From: Gemmataceae bacterium | GTDB lineage: Bacteria; Planctomycetota; Planctomycetia; Gemmatales; Gemmataceae | DNA length: 64,000 nt | Assembly: GCA_009691845.1 (NCBI GenBank) | Contig: SIAJ01000013.1 | Span: forward strand, 13,749-77,748 | Direction: 5' to 3' | Shown: positions 27,479 to 37,359 of the stretch, piece by piece | Layout: each line of letters starts with the position of its first letter | How positions within the stretch are numbered: the first letter of the stretch is position 1 | The notes under the pieces: generated by a model | What the model was told of the DNA's origin: nothing | The model's database searches: none | What the model saw: the letters and a program-made list of their open reading frames with translations, nothing else | Made by a program: the position numbers and the translations under genes

Positions 27479-27810
27479 CACAACCCTCCGAGGAATCTCG
27501 TGAGATAGTCGCTCAGGGGCATGGCGAAGAGGATCAGCATGATGAAGAGCGCGGAACCTGCTGTTAGCCAGGTCAGCGAGTCGGCCTTGTTCAAATGCAT
27601 CCAGTAATAACCGACCAGCCCGACCTGTACGGCGGAAATGAGCATGTGCACGATGAGCGCGCTATCACCAATGTGGGACAACGAGACACCGATGGTGGCA
27701 ATCACGCCAACAAAAATCGCGACCCAGACGGCAATGATCGCACCCGGGTTATCCACGCTAGCGGCGGGATTATCGAGTTTCTGGTGCTTGTGGTCGAAAT
27801 AGAAAGCCAT
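27478..27810 (-). CDS. Cytochrome c oxidase subunit IV (prokaryotic CoxD-type small membrane subunit)
   Basis: Start trimmed to MAFYFDHKHQKL. Three TM helices and the position immediately after ctaE fit PF03626-type subunit IV. Confidence 0.6.
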   Translation of the reverse strand: MAFYFDHKHQKLDNPAASVDNPGAIIAVWVAIFVGVIATIGVSLSHIGDSALIVHMLISAVQVGLVGYYWMHLNKADSLTWLTAGSALFIMLILFAMPLSDYLTRFLGGL

Positions 27811-27869
27811 CTCAAACCTCTCTAGTTTCAAGTTTCGAGCTTCGTTGAAACTCGAAACTTGTAACACGG

Positions 27870-28598
27870 TCAAAAATGCAACCCGTGATGCGGCCCGGCC
27901 AGGTACAGAAGCGGCATCAGGAACAGCCAGATCGCATCCACCAAGTGCCAGTAAAGGCTCGTCACCTCAACGCCAACATATCGGTCAGCCGTGATCCAGC
28001 CCATATAGGCCCGATACCACAAGTAAAAGATGGCCCCGATACCGATGATGATGTGCAACCCGTGGATGCCGGTCATGATGAAATAGAAAGTCATGAACAA
28101 GCGAATGCGTTGCGGGGCGATCCCTTTTTTCTCCCACTGATCGTTGAAAGTACTGAGGGCTTTCGAGTGGTCGTCGGGGTCGTGAACCAGTTCTTTGCCG
28201 AAGTTCTTGCAGAACGGCACCAGGCCTTCTTCGTAGTCTTGGTTGTACTCGTAGGCCTTGAAGCACATGAACCCAGCACCCAATATGCCGGTGATGGCCA
28301 GCAGATTCATGAGTGCTTTTCGATTCCCCAGTTGAGCGGCACGAATCGCGAACGTGATCGTTAAGCTGCTCGTGAGCAGCAAGACGGTGTTAATGCCCGC
28401 GACCAGGACGTTCAACTGACCGCTTGCAGCGGCCCATTCCTTCGGATACCAGATGCGGTAGACCGTGTAGGCCAAGAACACACCACCGAAGAACAGAACT
28501 TCCGTAGCGAGAAACATCCACATGCCGAGGCGTTCCGCCCCGCGCTGCTGCTCGATGTCTTCGAAGTGGTGCTTCAGCGCGCCTTCGTTAGCGGACAT
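27870..28598 (-). CDS. ctaE: Cytochrome c oxidase subunit III
   Basis: LKHHFEDIEQQRGAERLGMWMFLATEVLFFGGVF...SLYWHLVDAIWLFL are canonical subunit III motifs. Confidence 0.9.
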   Translation of the reverse strand: MSANEGALKHHFEDIEQQRGAERLGMWMFLATEVLFFGGVFLAYTVYRIWYPKEWAAASGQLNVLVAGINTVLLLTSSLTITFAIRAAQLGNRKALMNLLAITGILGAGFMCFKAYEYNQDYEEGLVPFCKNFGKELVHDPDDHSKALSTFNDQWEKKGIAPQRIRLFMTFYFIMTGIHGLHIIIGIGAIFYLWYRAYMGWITADRYVGVEVTSLYWHLVDAIWLFLMPLLYLAGPHHGLHF

Positions 28599-30273
28599 CG
28601 GCCTTCTCCCCGGTCTGAGTCATGTTCAGCGAATATTCGTAAGGCCCACAAACAACCTTTGGCGTCGCCTCGAAGTTGTGCGTGATCGGCGGGCTTTCCG
28701 CCACCCATTCCAGGCCGGTCGCGCCCCACGGATTCGGTCCGGCCTTCTTGCCCGTGAAGAACGAGGCAATCAAGTACGTGTGGATCAACAGGAACGCGGC
28801 TGCCTGGATCGAATATCCAGCAGTCGAGAGTACGTTCAGGTACTGAAACTCCGCCGGATAGTTCGGGTAACGTCGCGGCATGCCGTGATAGCCGAGCCAG
28901 AACTGCGGCGTGAACGTGGTCACGTAGCCGACGCAAATCATGATGGCGCCGATCCGGCTCCAGAAGTCGCTGTACATCACGCCGAACATTTTGGGCCACC
29001 AGTAGTGCAACGCACCCAGGTAGCCGAGCACCATGCCGCCGACCATCACGAAGTGGAAGTGGGCAACCACAAAGTAGGTATCGTGCAAGTGCAAGTCCGA
29101 GCCGAGCGTGGCCAGCGGAATACCTGTCAAGCCACCCACGGTGAACAGTACAAGAAAGCCAAGAGCGAAGATCATCGGTGCCTGGAAGCTAATCGCTCCC
29201 CGATACAGCGTCGCTGTCCAGTTAAAGATCTTGATGGCCGAGGGGACCGCGACGAACATGCTCAGCAGCGAGAACAACAACGCGGCATAGTAGCTGATGC
29301 CCGCCACGAACATATGGTGAGCCCAAACCAAGAAGCCGACGATGGCGATGCCAACGCTCGACCAGGCCACAGCGGTGTAGCCGAAGATGTTCTTTCGGCT
29401 GAAGCACGTGAGCAGTTCGCTCACCATGCCCATCGCGGGAAGAATCATGATGTACACGGCCGGGTGACTGTAGAACCAGAACAAATGCTGGAACAGCAAT
29501 GGGTCGCCATCGAGTGCCGGATCGAAGATACCGATCGGCATGCCGAGGGCGTTCGAGCCGGTCTCGACCATGAGTAAGGTCAGTGCGATGGCCAACACGG
29601 GCGTGGCGAGAAGCTGAATCAAGCTGGTCGCGTACATGGCCCAGCAGAAGAGCGGCAGGCGGCCCCAGGTCATGCCAGGAGCACGCATGCGGTGCATGGT
29701 TACAATGATGTTCAAGCCGGTCATGATGCCCGAGAAGCCGGTGATGAACACGCCGAACACGCCTGGCACAACATTCGAGTGGCTCGATCGACTGCTGTAG
29801 GGAGGATAGAGGGTCCATCCCGTATCGATGCCGCCGGTCAGCAAGGCGAAGACGGCGAATGAAGCGCCGACCATCCACACGTACCACGAAGCAATATTCA
29901 GCTTTGGGAAGGCCATGTCTTTCGCGCCGATCATGATTGGCACGAAGAAGTTCCCCATCACGCCGGGGATGGATGGAATGAGAAACAAGAAGAGCATCAC
30001 CACGCCGTGGGCGGTGAAGGTCTTGTTGTAGGTGTCGTTATCCATGATCAAGCCGGTGGGCGAGAGCAGGTTGGTGCGAACCAGACCAGCAAGAGCGCCG
30101 CCGACGCCGAAGAAGATCGTCAGCATGACCAGGTACATGATGCCGATGCGCTTGTGATCGACCGTGAACAGCCAGGACCAAATGCTCCAGCCATCTTTCA
30201 GGTAGCTGACATGTGCGGAGTGTGCCGGGTGTTCGTTGGAGGCATGGGCCTCATGTTTAGTAGCCGTACTCAT
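28588..30273 (-). CDS. ctaD: Cytochrome c oxidase subunit I (haem-copper oxidase catalytic subunit)
   Basis: 561 aa with ..WFYSHPAVYIMILPAMG.., ..WAHHMF.., ..HDTYFVVAHFH... The ATGA overlap with the ctaC stop fits translational coupling. Confidence 0.95.
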   Translation of the reverse strand: MSTATKHEAHASNEHPAHSAHVSYLKDGWSIWSWLFTVDHKRIGIMYLVMLTIFFGVGGALAGLVRTNLLSPTGLIMDNDTYNKTFTAHGVVMLFLFLIPSIPGVMGNFFVPIMIGAKDMAFPKLNIASWYVWMVGASFAVFALLTGGIDTGWTLYPPYSSRSSHSNVVPGVFGVFITGFSGIMTGLNIIVTMHRMRAPGMTWGRLPLFCWAMYATSLIQLLATPVLAIALTLLMVETGSNALGMPIGIFDPALDGDPLLFQHLFWFYSHPAVYIMILPAMGMVSELLTCFSRKNIFGYTAVAWSSVGIAIVGFLVWAHHMFVAGISYYAALLFSLLSMFVAVPSAIKIFNWTATLYRGAISFQAPMIFALGFLVLFTVGGLTGIPLATLGSDLHLHDTYFVVAHFHFVMVGGMVLGYLGALHYWWPKMFGVMYSDFWSRIGAIMICVGYVTTFTPQFWLGYHGMPRRYPNYPAEFQYLNVLSTAGYSIQAAAFLLIHTYLIASFFTGKKAGPNPWGATGLEWVAESPPITHNFEATPKVVCGPYEYSLNMTQTGEKADVR

Positions 30274-31394
30274 TTCGGACCTCCCTCGCCGGTCGGTGTC
30301 TTTGGTGCTGCCGGCGGCTCAGTCGTTCCGCCGACCGGGGCCACCCAATCTTCCGTGCGGACCGGCGTTTCACCCTTCTTCAGCGACTTGATATACGCGA
30401 TCACTTTGATGAGGTCCTCCTCGCTTACCTTGTCCGGGCCGAAGTGCGGCATGATTGGCTCCCAGCCATCGCGGACTTTGGCTCGTGGCCGGCGGATCGA
30501 CTCGCGGAGATAATTCTCGTCGGCGATGACCGTGCCTCCACCCTTGATCGGGCGGCGCGTGTTGTAAATTTCTTCGAGTATCGGCGCCTTCGACTTCTGG
30601 GTGTCGTGGCACTGGATACAGTTGAGCTTCTGGAACAGTTGCCGGCCCTGATGGGCGAGCGAACCATCGACCGAGTTTTTGCCCGGCCCGGTCTTCCATT
30701 TGCCCTCAAGCCACTCTTCGTATTCCTTCTGCTCGACGACCATCACCTTGCCAACCATCAGCGAGTGATTGGTGCCGCAGTACTGATCGCAGAAGATGTC
30801 GTAGGTTCCAGTTTTCGTCGGATGATACCACGTACTCACATAACGGCCCGGTACGGCATCGATCTTCTGGCGGAAAGCCGGGATGCCAAAATTGTGAATC
30901 ACGTCTTCCGATGTCAGGACGATTTTGACGGGCCGATTCACCGGAAGGACCATGATGCCTTCGAAGTAACCCTCGCCGCCAATTTCCTTCGCGTAATCGA
31001 GGCTATTTTGCCCGATGATCACGCGTTGACCGCCCGGATATTGCACCTTCCACATCCATTGTTTGCCGACGACGTAGATTTCCGGTGCGTCGGCCGGCGG
31101 ATGCAGGGCCACGTTGTAAATCTGCGCTCCCCAGCCGAAGAAGGCGAGGAAGATGATGAGCGGAATAATCGTCCAGGCGAGTTCCAGTTTGTGCGACCCG
31201 AGGATGCGCGGCGTGGGTGCGTAGCCGAGTTCGCCAGGATTCTTGCGCCGATACATGATGCAGAACAGGCCAATGACCGCGTAGACAGCCAATCCGGTCG
31301 CTCCGGTTACCGCGGAGATCGCCCAGATGATGTTGTCCACGTGCCAGGCCAGCTCACTGGCTTGTTCGGGGAAGAATCGCGTTTGCAGAATCAT
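30270..31394 (-). CDS. ctaC: Cytochrome c oxidase subunit II with fused C-terminal cytochrome c domain (caa3 type)
   Basis: CuA site FCDQYCGTNHSLM. C-terminal haem c site LNCIQCH. Start trimmed to the ATG at 31394 (MILQTRFFPEQAS); the longer ORF starts at a TTG. Confidence 0.9.
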   Translation of the reverse strand: MILQTRFFPEQASELAWHVDNIIWAISAVTGATGLAVYAVIGLFCIMYRRKNPGELGYAPTPRILGSHKLELAWTIIPLIIFLAFFGWGAQIYNVALHPPADAPEIYVVGKQWMWKVQYPGGQRVIIGQNSLDYAKEIGGEGYFEGIMVLPVNRPVKIVLTSEDVIHNFGIPAFRQKIDAVPGRYVSTWYHPTKTGTYDIFCDQYCGTNHSLMVGKVMVVEQKEYEEWLEGKWKTGPGKNSVDGSLAHQGRQLFQKLNCIQCHDTQKSKAPILEEIYNTRRPIKGGGTVIADENYLRESIRRPRAKVRDGWEPIMPHFGPDKVSEEDLIKVIAYIKSLKKGETPVRTEDWVAPVGGTTEPPAAPKTPTGEGGPK

Positions 31395-31487
31395 AAGCGT
31401 CGATCCATTGGAGCATCCGGCCTTTGTGGGGGACGGGCCTCCCGGCCTGTCCGAAAACCCGGCAGACCTGGAGGTCTGCCGCCACAA

Positions 31488-32522
31488 CTATTCGACTCCC
31501 GCCCCAGCTAGAGGCGGCAACTGCCGTTGTGCCTTCGCCGACTTCCACAATATTCGTCCCACGACGATAATTGCAATCGTCATCACCACATAAATACCCA
31601 CGAACGCCAACTTGGGCATGCTCGCGAACATGATCACCGGGACCAGGGACAAGTAGCCGATGATTCCGATGACCATCACGCGGATACCGGGAATTCGCCA
31701 GCATTTCCAGGCATAAAAACCGGCCAGGAGCAACAGCATCAACGCCCCACCGGAACGCATGATGCCCATCACGTTTGCTGAATGCTTGCCCGTGTGCGGG
31801 TTGTAGCGGTAGCACGAGAAGAAATCGCGTATCTCCCGAGTTCCGACGAAGCTGTTATCCTTCGCCACGGCCTGGAGCGATTCTTTCACCTCGGCCGGTG
31901 GATAGTCGATGCCCGCAAAGTACCGGGAGATTGTGCCATTCGGCGACAGCACGATGATGCCGGACGGATGGTTGTATTCCTTGAGCATTCGGTCGTATTC
32001 GTAGTGGAAGCCAACGGCTGCGGTCAGTTTCTCGATGCTCGGCATCTTGCCCGTGAGGAATCGCCAGCCCCCATCGGCTTCTTTGCGACCGTACTCGGTC
32101 ACGAAGTACATCTTCTTGGCCTTCGCAAGCTCTGGCTTTTCTTTCGGGTCGAAGCTCACGGCCACGACGTTGAACTCCTTGCCACACGTGAAGTCGCCAC
32201 CCATTCGTCGCATCGAATCGAGAACGCCGGCCAGCACTTCACCGCAGAGCATCGGGCAGCGGTAGTAGGCCATGATCAAAATCGTTGGCTTATTGTTGAT
32301 GCAAGAGCCTAGAGTCACCTCGGTGCCGTTCTCATCTAGGAACGCGAGATCGAGCGGGACCTTGTCGCCGAGCTTTTGATCGTAGTTGGCATTCGCGGTC
32401 GCTTTGTCCGGACCGGTCGAACCCGGGGCAAGACCATCACCAGCAAGCGCGCTAACAAACGGCGCAAGAAGGGCCACCAGCGTGATGAAGAGCTTCGCAG
32501 CGTTGGTTCGATTGATTCTCAT
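31488..32522 (-). CDS. SCO1/SenC copper chaperone with an additional C-terminal polytopic membrane region
   Basis: Signal/anchor MRINRTNAAKLFITLVALLA, thioredoxin-fold CxxxC motif AYYRCPMLCGEVL, then about 100 C-terminal residues predicted as 3 TM helices (..ALMLLLLAGFYAW..VMVIGIIGYLSLVPVIMF..FVGIYVVMTIAIIVVG..). Confidence 0.8.
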   Translation of the reverse strand: MRINRTNAAKLFITLVALLAPFVSALAGDGLAPGSTGPDKATANANYDQKLGDKVPLDLAFLDENGTEVTLGSCINNKPTILIMAYYRCPMLCGEVLAGVLDSMRRMGGDFTCGKEFNVVAVSFDPKEKPELAKAKKMYFVTEYGRKEADGGWRFLTGKMPSIEKLTAAVGFHYEYDRMLKEYNHPSGIIVLSPNGTISRYFAGIDYPPAEVKESLQAVAKDNSFVGTREIRDFFSCYRYNPHTGKHSANVMGIMRSGGALMLLLLAGFYAWKCWRIPGIRVMVIGIIGYLSLVPVIMFASMPKLAFVGIYVVMTIAIIVVGRILWKSAKAQRQLPPLAGAGVE

Positions 32523-32611
32523 GGGCCTTCTCTTTTCTGAACTACCTACGCCTCCGATCAGTAATCGAGGAGGCTCAAATGTAAAGCGAACTTGGCGAAA
32601 TCTGTCCGGAA

Positions 32612-33247
32612 TTATTCCTTCGCGTTCGCTGGTAATTTAGGTGCCTCCGGAATCTTGCCGGTGCCGCCATTCGATTCCTTGGGGCGATCCCAGTTGGCAT
32701 TCAGGTCCAACGGCGTCGCCCCAGCACGGGCTTTCAAGTGACCGCCAGAGAGCAACGCCTCAATGGCCTGGTCGATCGGCATGCGATCCTTGTCCTTGGC
32801 TTGCAACGCCGCGATCTTTTCGGGACGCAAGTCTTCCGCATGGTATCGCGGCGAGTTTCCTTCCTTCGTCACCTTCTGCGTCGTCATCTCGGCAGTGATC
32901 GTGTACTGCCCTTCGCGTTTCGTCTGTTCGGTCAGCATCAGCCCTTCGAGCCGGGGTTGCTGAACTTCGGCCTTCGGGTCGGTTGAGGAAATCCGTGCGA
33001 ACCGTTCGTTCATCGGTGCAGAATTTCGCTCAGCCGCTTCCCTGTTTTCCGGTGGGTCGCCGGGAGTTCGCGGATCAAAGATGTTCGCGAATAGAATCCA
33101 GGTAATCACGAACGCAAGCGCTGCCGTGCCGATGACCACGGCCGGGACGGCCAGGATCGGCTTGACGGAAAACTTGTCCGGCTCGTACGCCATACCGTGC
33201 GTTGGACCCAGAGGTTTGAACTCGCCGTGCGAGTCGCTAGTGGCCAT
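32612..33247 (-). CDS. Membrane-anchored protein in the ActG position of the ACIII operon
   Basis: One TM helix (ILAVPAVVIGTAALAFVITWILF). The gene overlaps the end of actF. Assigned by position only. Confidence 0.4.
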   Translation of the reverse strand: MATSDSHGEFKPLGPTHGMAYEPDKFSVKPILAVPAVVIGTAALAFVITWILFANIFDPRTPGDPPENREAAERNSAPMNERFARISSTDPKAEVQQPRLEGLMLTEQTKREGQYTITAEMTTQKVTKEGNSPRYHAEDLRPEKIAALQAKDKDRMPIDQAIEALLSGGHLKARAGATPLDLNANWDRPKESNGGTGKIPEAPKLPANAKE

Positions 33248-34643
33248 GATGGTACGCCTCCAGCAAGTACATTTCCCGTGCTGGTAGCAGCGGGTGTTTC
33301 TTCAGTTGTCCGAAAAACACAAACATCCAGGCGCCCCCGATGCCGACCCATGCGGCCACGTCCATGAGGACGTAGAACTTCGGAGCATGTTCGTGCGACA
33401 TCGACGGTTGAATCCACCACATCTCGTCGAAGAACACGACGACGAGAAGCATGGCAGAAATGTTCCGCAGTGCATTCGGGCTCGACTTCACGCGACGGAA
33501 CAAGAGCAACAGGAACGGAATCGGGAAGTGGAACAGCACCGCGAGCGATGCGTACCAGCCCCAACCACCCCGTGTTCGCTTCAAGTAGTACGGAATCTCT
33601 TCGGGCAAGTTGCCGATCCAAATCAGCATGTACTGCGAGAAGTTGAAATACGTCCATGCCAGCGTGAACGCGAGCATCAAGCTGCCCAGGTGAATTTGCT
33701 CCGTGGCGGGGAACAGGTTGGCGAAGCGTGGCTCGCCCTTCCTCTTCAAATACAGCAAGGTCAACAAGCTAACTGCATAGGCCGTCACGGCCGCGTTATC
33801 GAACATGATCACAGGGAACATGCTCGAGGTGAAGGTCGGTTCCAGGGACATCACCCAGTCGGTCGCGATCCAGGTCATAAAGATCGCGAACACGAACAGG
33901 CCGAACGAACCGACGTAGCGCTGGCTGAACCGGGCGGTACGAGCCACATCCAGATTATCGTGGTACTCGGCCGTCATGGCTTTCTTCAGCATCACGAAGA
34001 TCAGCAAGCCGAAAGCGGCGAAGTAGAGGAACCCGCGAATCACGGTGAAGGTCGGGTTCAGCAGATCGTTGACCTTCTCATCCTCGTCCACTTCCAGGTG
34101 CGGGCTGATGTTGTTGAAGATTGAATCGTCGCCGTGCTTGGCGACCTTGGCCGCAGCGATCTGTGTTTTCTCTTTCTTCGCGTCCGATTCGGGTTTGGCT
34201 TCACCTTCTACGTGATGGTGCATGTGATGGTGATGCCGGGCCCACCAATAGATGGATTTTTCGCCCATTATCATCGTGGCCGCCACGACCAGAAACAGTG
34301 GCAGACTCACCAGGAACAGCGTGCGGCAATTCGATTCGAGCGGGCGGCGAAGCAGGATGCCCCAACGGCCGCCGGTCACGTATTGAACCAGCAGGAAGAA
34401 CAAACTTCCCAGCCCGACCAGCGTCCAGAACATCCAACCTGAGAGGAAGGAGAGGAACGGCTGTTGAACCTTGGCGGTCTCGTTTGCCTCGGCACCGTAG
34501 TAGATGCCGGACAGGATCAGGAACGCAATCAGACCGATCAGGCCCACGCGGAGCGCGAACTTCTGCGGTCCGTCGAGCAGTGCCTTGCGGTGCTCCGGAG
34601 TGTCCGAGACGACCGGCGTGTGATTCGCGGCGGCGTCACTCAT
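33237..34643 (-). CDS. actF: Alternative Complex III subunit ActF (NrfD-like polytopic membrane subunit 2)
   Basis: 468 aa, about 10 TM helices, ATGA overlap with actE, in the position after actE. Confidence 0.7.
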   Translation of the reverse strand: MSDAAANHTPVVSDTPEHRKALLDGPQKFALRVGLIGLIAFLILSGIYYGAEANETAKVQQPFLSFLSGWMFWTLVGLGSLFFLLVQYVTGGRWGILLRRPLESNCRTLFLVSLPLFLVVAATMIMGEKSIYWWARHHHHMHHHVEGEAKPESDAKKEKTQIAAAKVAKHGDDSIFNNISPHLEVDEDEKVNDLLNPTFTVIRGFLYFAAFGLLIFVMLKKAMTAEYHDNLDVARTARFSQRYVGSFGLFVFAIFMTWIATDWVMSLEPTFTSSMFPVIMFDNAAVTAYAVSLLTLLYLKRKGEPRFANLFPATEQIHLGSLMLAFTLAWTYFNFSQYMLIWIGNLPEEIPYYLKRTRGGWGWYASLAVLFHFPIPFLLLLFRRVKSSPNALRNISAMLLVVVFFDEMWWIQPSMSHEHAPKFYVLMDVAAWVGIGGAWMFVFFGQLKKHPLLPAREMYLLEAYHHGH

Positions 34644-35362
34644 TTCTTACCCCCCAGCACTCGCTCGGTCTCGGTCTTGTTCTGGCTCAACTGCAACGCC
34701 TTCACGTAAGCCGCGATCCGCCAGCGGTCGGCGATCGGTATTTGGGCCGCGTATTCCGGCATGCCGCCATAGCCCTTCGTGATCACTTCAAAAATATAGC
34801 CGGCCGGAATCTCACGCAGAGGGATCCGGAAGTTCGCGTTGGTTTCCGGGTCCTTGTAGAACGCAAATCCACGCGAGTTGTCCGTATGAAAGTTTGGCGG
34901 AGCCAGGAAGCCACGCTCGACAATCTTGCCTTTGCCGTCGCCGACGGGGCTATGGCAGGGCATGCAGTAGATCTGGTAACGTTCTTTGCCTCGCTGCAGG
35001 TCGGCTGCTGTCAGTTGAAACGGAAACTCACTCACGAAATTCGACTTCTTATTGGGGATGCCCGGTCCGGTTTTCATTTCCTTGTCCGTGCCATCGTCGT
35101 TTAAGATCTTCACGGTCTGAAACTGCTTGCCTTCGGCTGTGAGACCGGAAGCGAGCGGATCGTCGTCAAGAATCTGGCCGCGATGAACAACTCCCTCTTC
35201 GAGCGGGCGAGAGGACCGATGATCGGGGAAGAAATCGGTTTCATCCAGAGGTCGGTACTGCGGCGAGTGGGCCATCCGCTGTTGACAAGCTGTCAGTGTG
35301 AGAATCGCGAATACGAGCGATCCCCAGCGAACGAATTTCGCATTCAGTTGAGCGCGTCTCAC
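34640..35362 (-). CDS. actE: Alternative Complex III subunit ActE (monohaem cytochrome c lipoprotein)
   Basis: Lipobox ILTLTAC and a single CMPCH haem site. Overlaps the actD stop. Confidence 0.75.
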   Translation of the reverse strand: MRRAQLNAKFVRWGSLVFAILTLTACQQRMAHSPQYRPLDETDFFPDHRSSRPLEEGVVHRGQILDDDPLASGLTAEGKQFQTVKILNDDGTDKEMKTGPGIPNKKSNFVSEFPFQLTAADLQRGKERYQIYCMPCHSPVGDGKGKIVERGFLAPPNFHTDNSRGFAFYKDPETNANFRIPLREIPAGYIFEVITKGYGGMPEYAAQIPIADRWRIAAYVKALQLSQNKTETERVLGGKK

Positions 35363-35928
35363 TCGGGCACCTCCACCACGGATTGTGGTTGCAAGCCGAG
35401 GAGAAATTCCTTGGTCGTGTTCAGGTCGAACTTGGGATCATTTGCTTCCACGGTCAGGAAGAACTTGTCCCGCGTGGCGGCTTCAAACTTCGGGGCGTTG
35501 AACAGCGGATGATGCGGCCGCGGCAATCCGCAGACGGCCAGAAGACCGAACAAGCCGCTGAGGGCACACGTCAGAATGCCCCCTTCGAATGTCACTGGTA
35601 TGAACGACGGCCAACTGTCGAGCCAGCCGATGGGATCGGAGACGGCACGACCGGCAACGTTGAGCGGATAATCGACCGCGTTCAAGTACCATTGCATGCA
35701 AAAGGCACTCGTCGCTCCGACGAGGCCGCCGCACAGCATGACCGTGGCCATCTCGGATTTGACGAAGCCCAAGGCGTCGGCAATTTCCGCGACGCCGTAC
35801 GGGGAATACCCGTCGAGCTTTGTGTAACCGGCTTCCTTGGCCCGCTTGATGGCCACGACCAAGGCTTCCGGATTGTCGTACTCGGCCAGCAAGCAGAAGA
35901 GCTTGGAGCCTTTCGCAGGCGCACTCAC
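35359..35928 (-). CDS. actD: Alternative Complex III subunit ActD (DUF3341-type)
   Basis: MSAPAKGSKLFCLLAEYDNPEALVVAIKRAKEAGYTKLDGYSPYGV.. is the typical ActD N-terminal soluble domain, followed by 2 TM helices. Confidence 0.8.
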   Translation of the reverse strand: MSAPAKGSKLFCLLAEYDNPEALVVAIKRAKEAGYTKLDGYSPYGVAEIADALGFVKSEMATVMLCGGLVGATSAFCMQWYLNAVDYPLNVAGRAVSDPIGWLDSWPSFIPVTFEGGILTCALSGLFGLLAVCGLPRPHHPLFNAPKFEAATRDKFFLTVEANDPKFDLNTTKEFLLGLQPQSVVEVPE

Positions 35929-37355
35929 GGGGGGCCCTCCGCACTTGCGTGTCCGTCGCGACCACCGGATTTCTTCGGCAGCAACTCACGGATTTCCGTC
36001 ATGCTAATCATCGGCACATAGCGAACGAACAGCATGAAGAAGGTGAAGAACATTCCAAACGTACCAATAAACGTTGCCCAGTCCCAGATTGTCGGAGCAT
36101 ATCGGCCCCACGCGGCAGGGATGTACTCGCGGGTCAGCGTGATCACGATTACATAGCGCTCGAACCACATACCAATCAGGGCCACGATTGACACGGAGAA
36201 CAGGACGATCGAGTTCATACGCCACTTCTTCACCCACAGAATCTGCGGGACGACAAAGTTGCAGAAGATCAGGCACCAGAACGACCATCCGTAAGGCCCG
36301 AACATACGTTGCTTGCTCGTGCCCCATTCGTATTCGCTATGGCTGTACCACGCCATCCACACTTCGCTGAAGTACCCGTAGGACACCATCATGCCCGTCG
36401 CCAGCATCACCTTGGCACAACAGTCGATGTGCCAGTCCGTGATGAAGTCTTCGAGGTGATACCACTTGCGCAGCGGTATCGCGAGGACCAGTACCATCGC
36501 GAAGCCCGAGAAAATGGCCCCGATGACGAAGAATGGCGGGAAGATGGTCGCGTGCCACAACGGCACAATCGACACGGCGAAGTCGAAGGACACGATCGAG
36601 TGAACGGAGAACACAAGCGGCGTCGAAATGCCGGCCAGGATCAAGTACACCTTCTCGTAGCGACGCCAGTGATAAGCACTGCCACGCCAGCCCATCGACA
36701 ACATGCCGTAAATCCACTTCTGGATCTTGGTCGGCGACGAATCACGCAGTACCGCGAAGTCCGGAATCAGACCGACGTACCAGAAGACGACCGACACCGT
36801 GAAGTACGTTGAAACCGCGAACACGTCCCACGCCAGCGGGCTGCGGAATTGTGGCCACATGGCGAAATTATTCGGGAACGGGAACAGCCAGTAGGCGAGC
36901 CACGGTCTGCCCATGTGCAACAACGGGAACACGCCTGCACACATAACCGCGAAAATCGTCATGGCCTCGGCGAATCGATTGATACTCGTTCGCCAGCGTT
37001 GATGCAGAAGCAACAAGATTGCGGAGATCAGCGTGCCGGCGTGGCCGATGCCGATCCACCACACGAAGTTGATGATCGCGAAGCCCCAGGCCGTCGGGAC
37101 GTTGATGCCCCAGATGCCGGTGCCCATCGTGAGCAAGTAGGTGACCGCCACCGCGAACATGCCGAACATCGCGAAGCCGGCGGCGAACACGATGTACCAT
37201 TCACGCGGGTGCGGTTTGACGCACGTCGCGATATCCCCGATCGAATCGACCACGGAGCCGAGCGAGTGATTCCCGCCGATGGCCAGTGGCATCGCTTCGA
37301 CGTGCGGCGCCACGCCTGGTCCATCTCCGTGTTGTTCGAGAACACCAGTTGACAT
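35925..37355 (-). CDS. actC: Alternative Complex III subunit ActC (NrfD/PsrC-like quinol-interacting membrane subunit)
   Basis: 476 aa, polytopic, immediately downstream of actB. NrfD-like W/F-rich helices. Confidence 0.85.
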   Translation of the reverse strand: MSTGVLEQHGDGPGVAPHVEAMPLAIGGNHSLGSVVDSIGDIATCVKPHPREWYIVFAAGFAMFGMFAVAVTYLLTMGTGIWGINVPTAWGFAIINFVWWIGIGHAGTLISAILLLLHQRWRTSINRFAEAMTIFAVMCAGVFPLLHMGRPWLAYWLFPFPNNFAMWPQFRSPLAWDVFAVSTYFTVSVVFWYVGLIPDFAVLRDSSPTKIQKWIYGMLSMGWRGSAYHWRRYEKVYLILAGISTPLVFSVHSIVSFDFAVSIVPLWHATIFPPFFVIGAIFSGFAMVLVLAIPLRKWYHLEDFITDWHIDCCAKVMLATGMMVSYGYFSEVWMAWYSHSEYEWGTSKQRMFGPYGWSFWCLIFCNFVVPQILWVKKWRMNSIVLFSVSIVALIGMWFERYVIVITLTREYIPAAWGRYAPTIWDWATFIGTFGMFFTFFMLFVRYVPMISMTEIRELLPKKSGGRDGHASAEGPP

Positions 37356-37359
37356 TCAG

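Noticed and set aside
28522-29577. A 351-aa plus-strand ORF, plus other ORFs over 100 aa inside ctaD/ctaC/actF (for example 29222..29887, 30444..31511, 34121..35104).
   Set aside because: They are antisense or out of frame relative to unmistakable oxidase and ACIII subunits.
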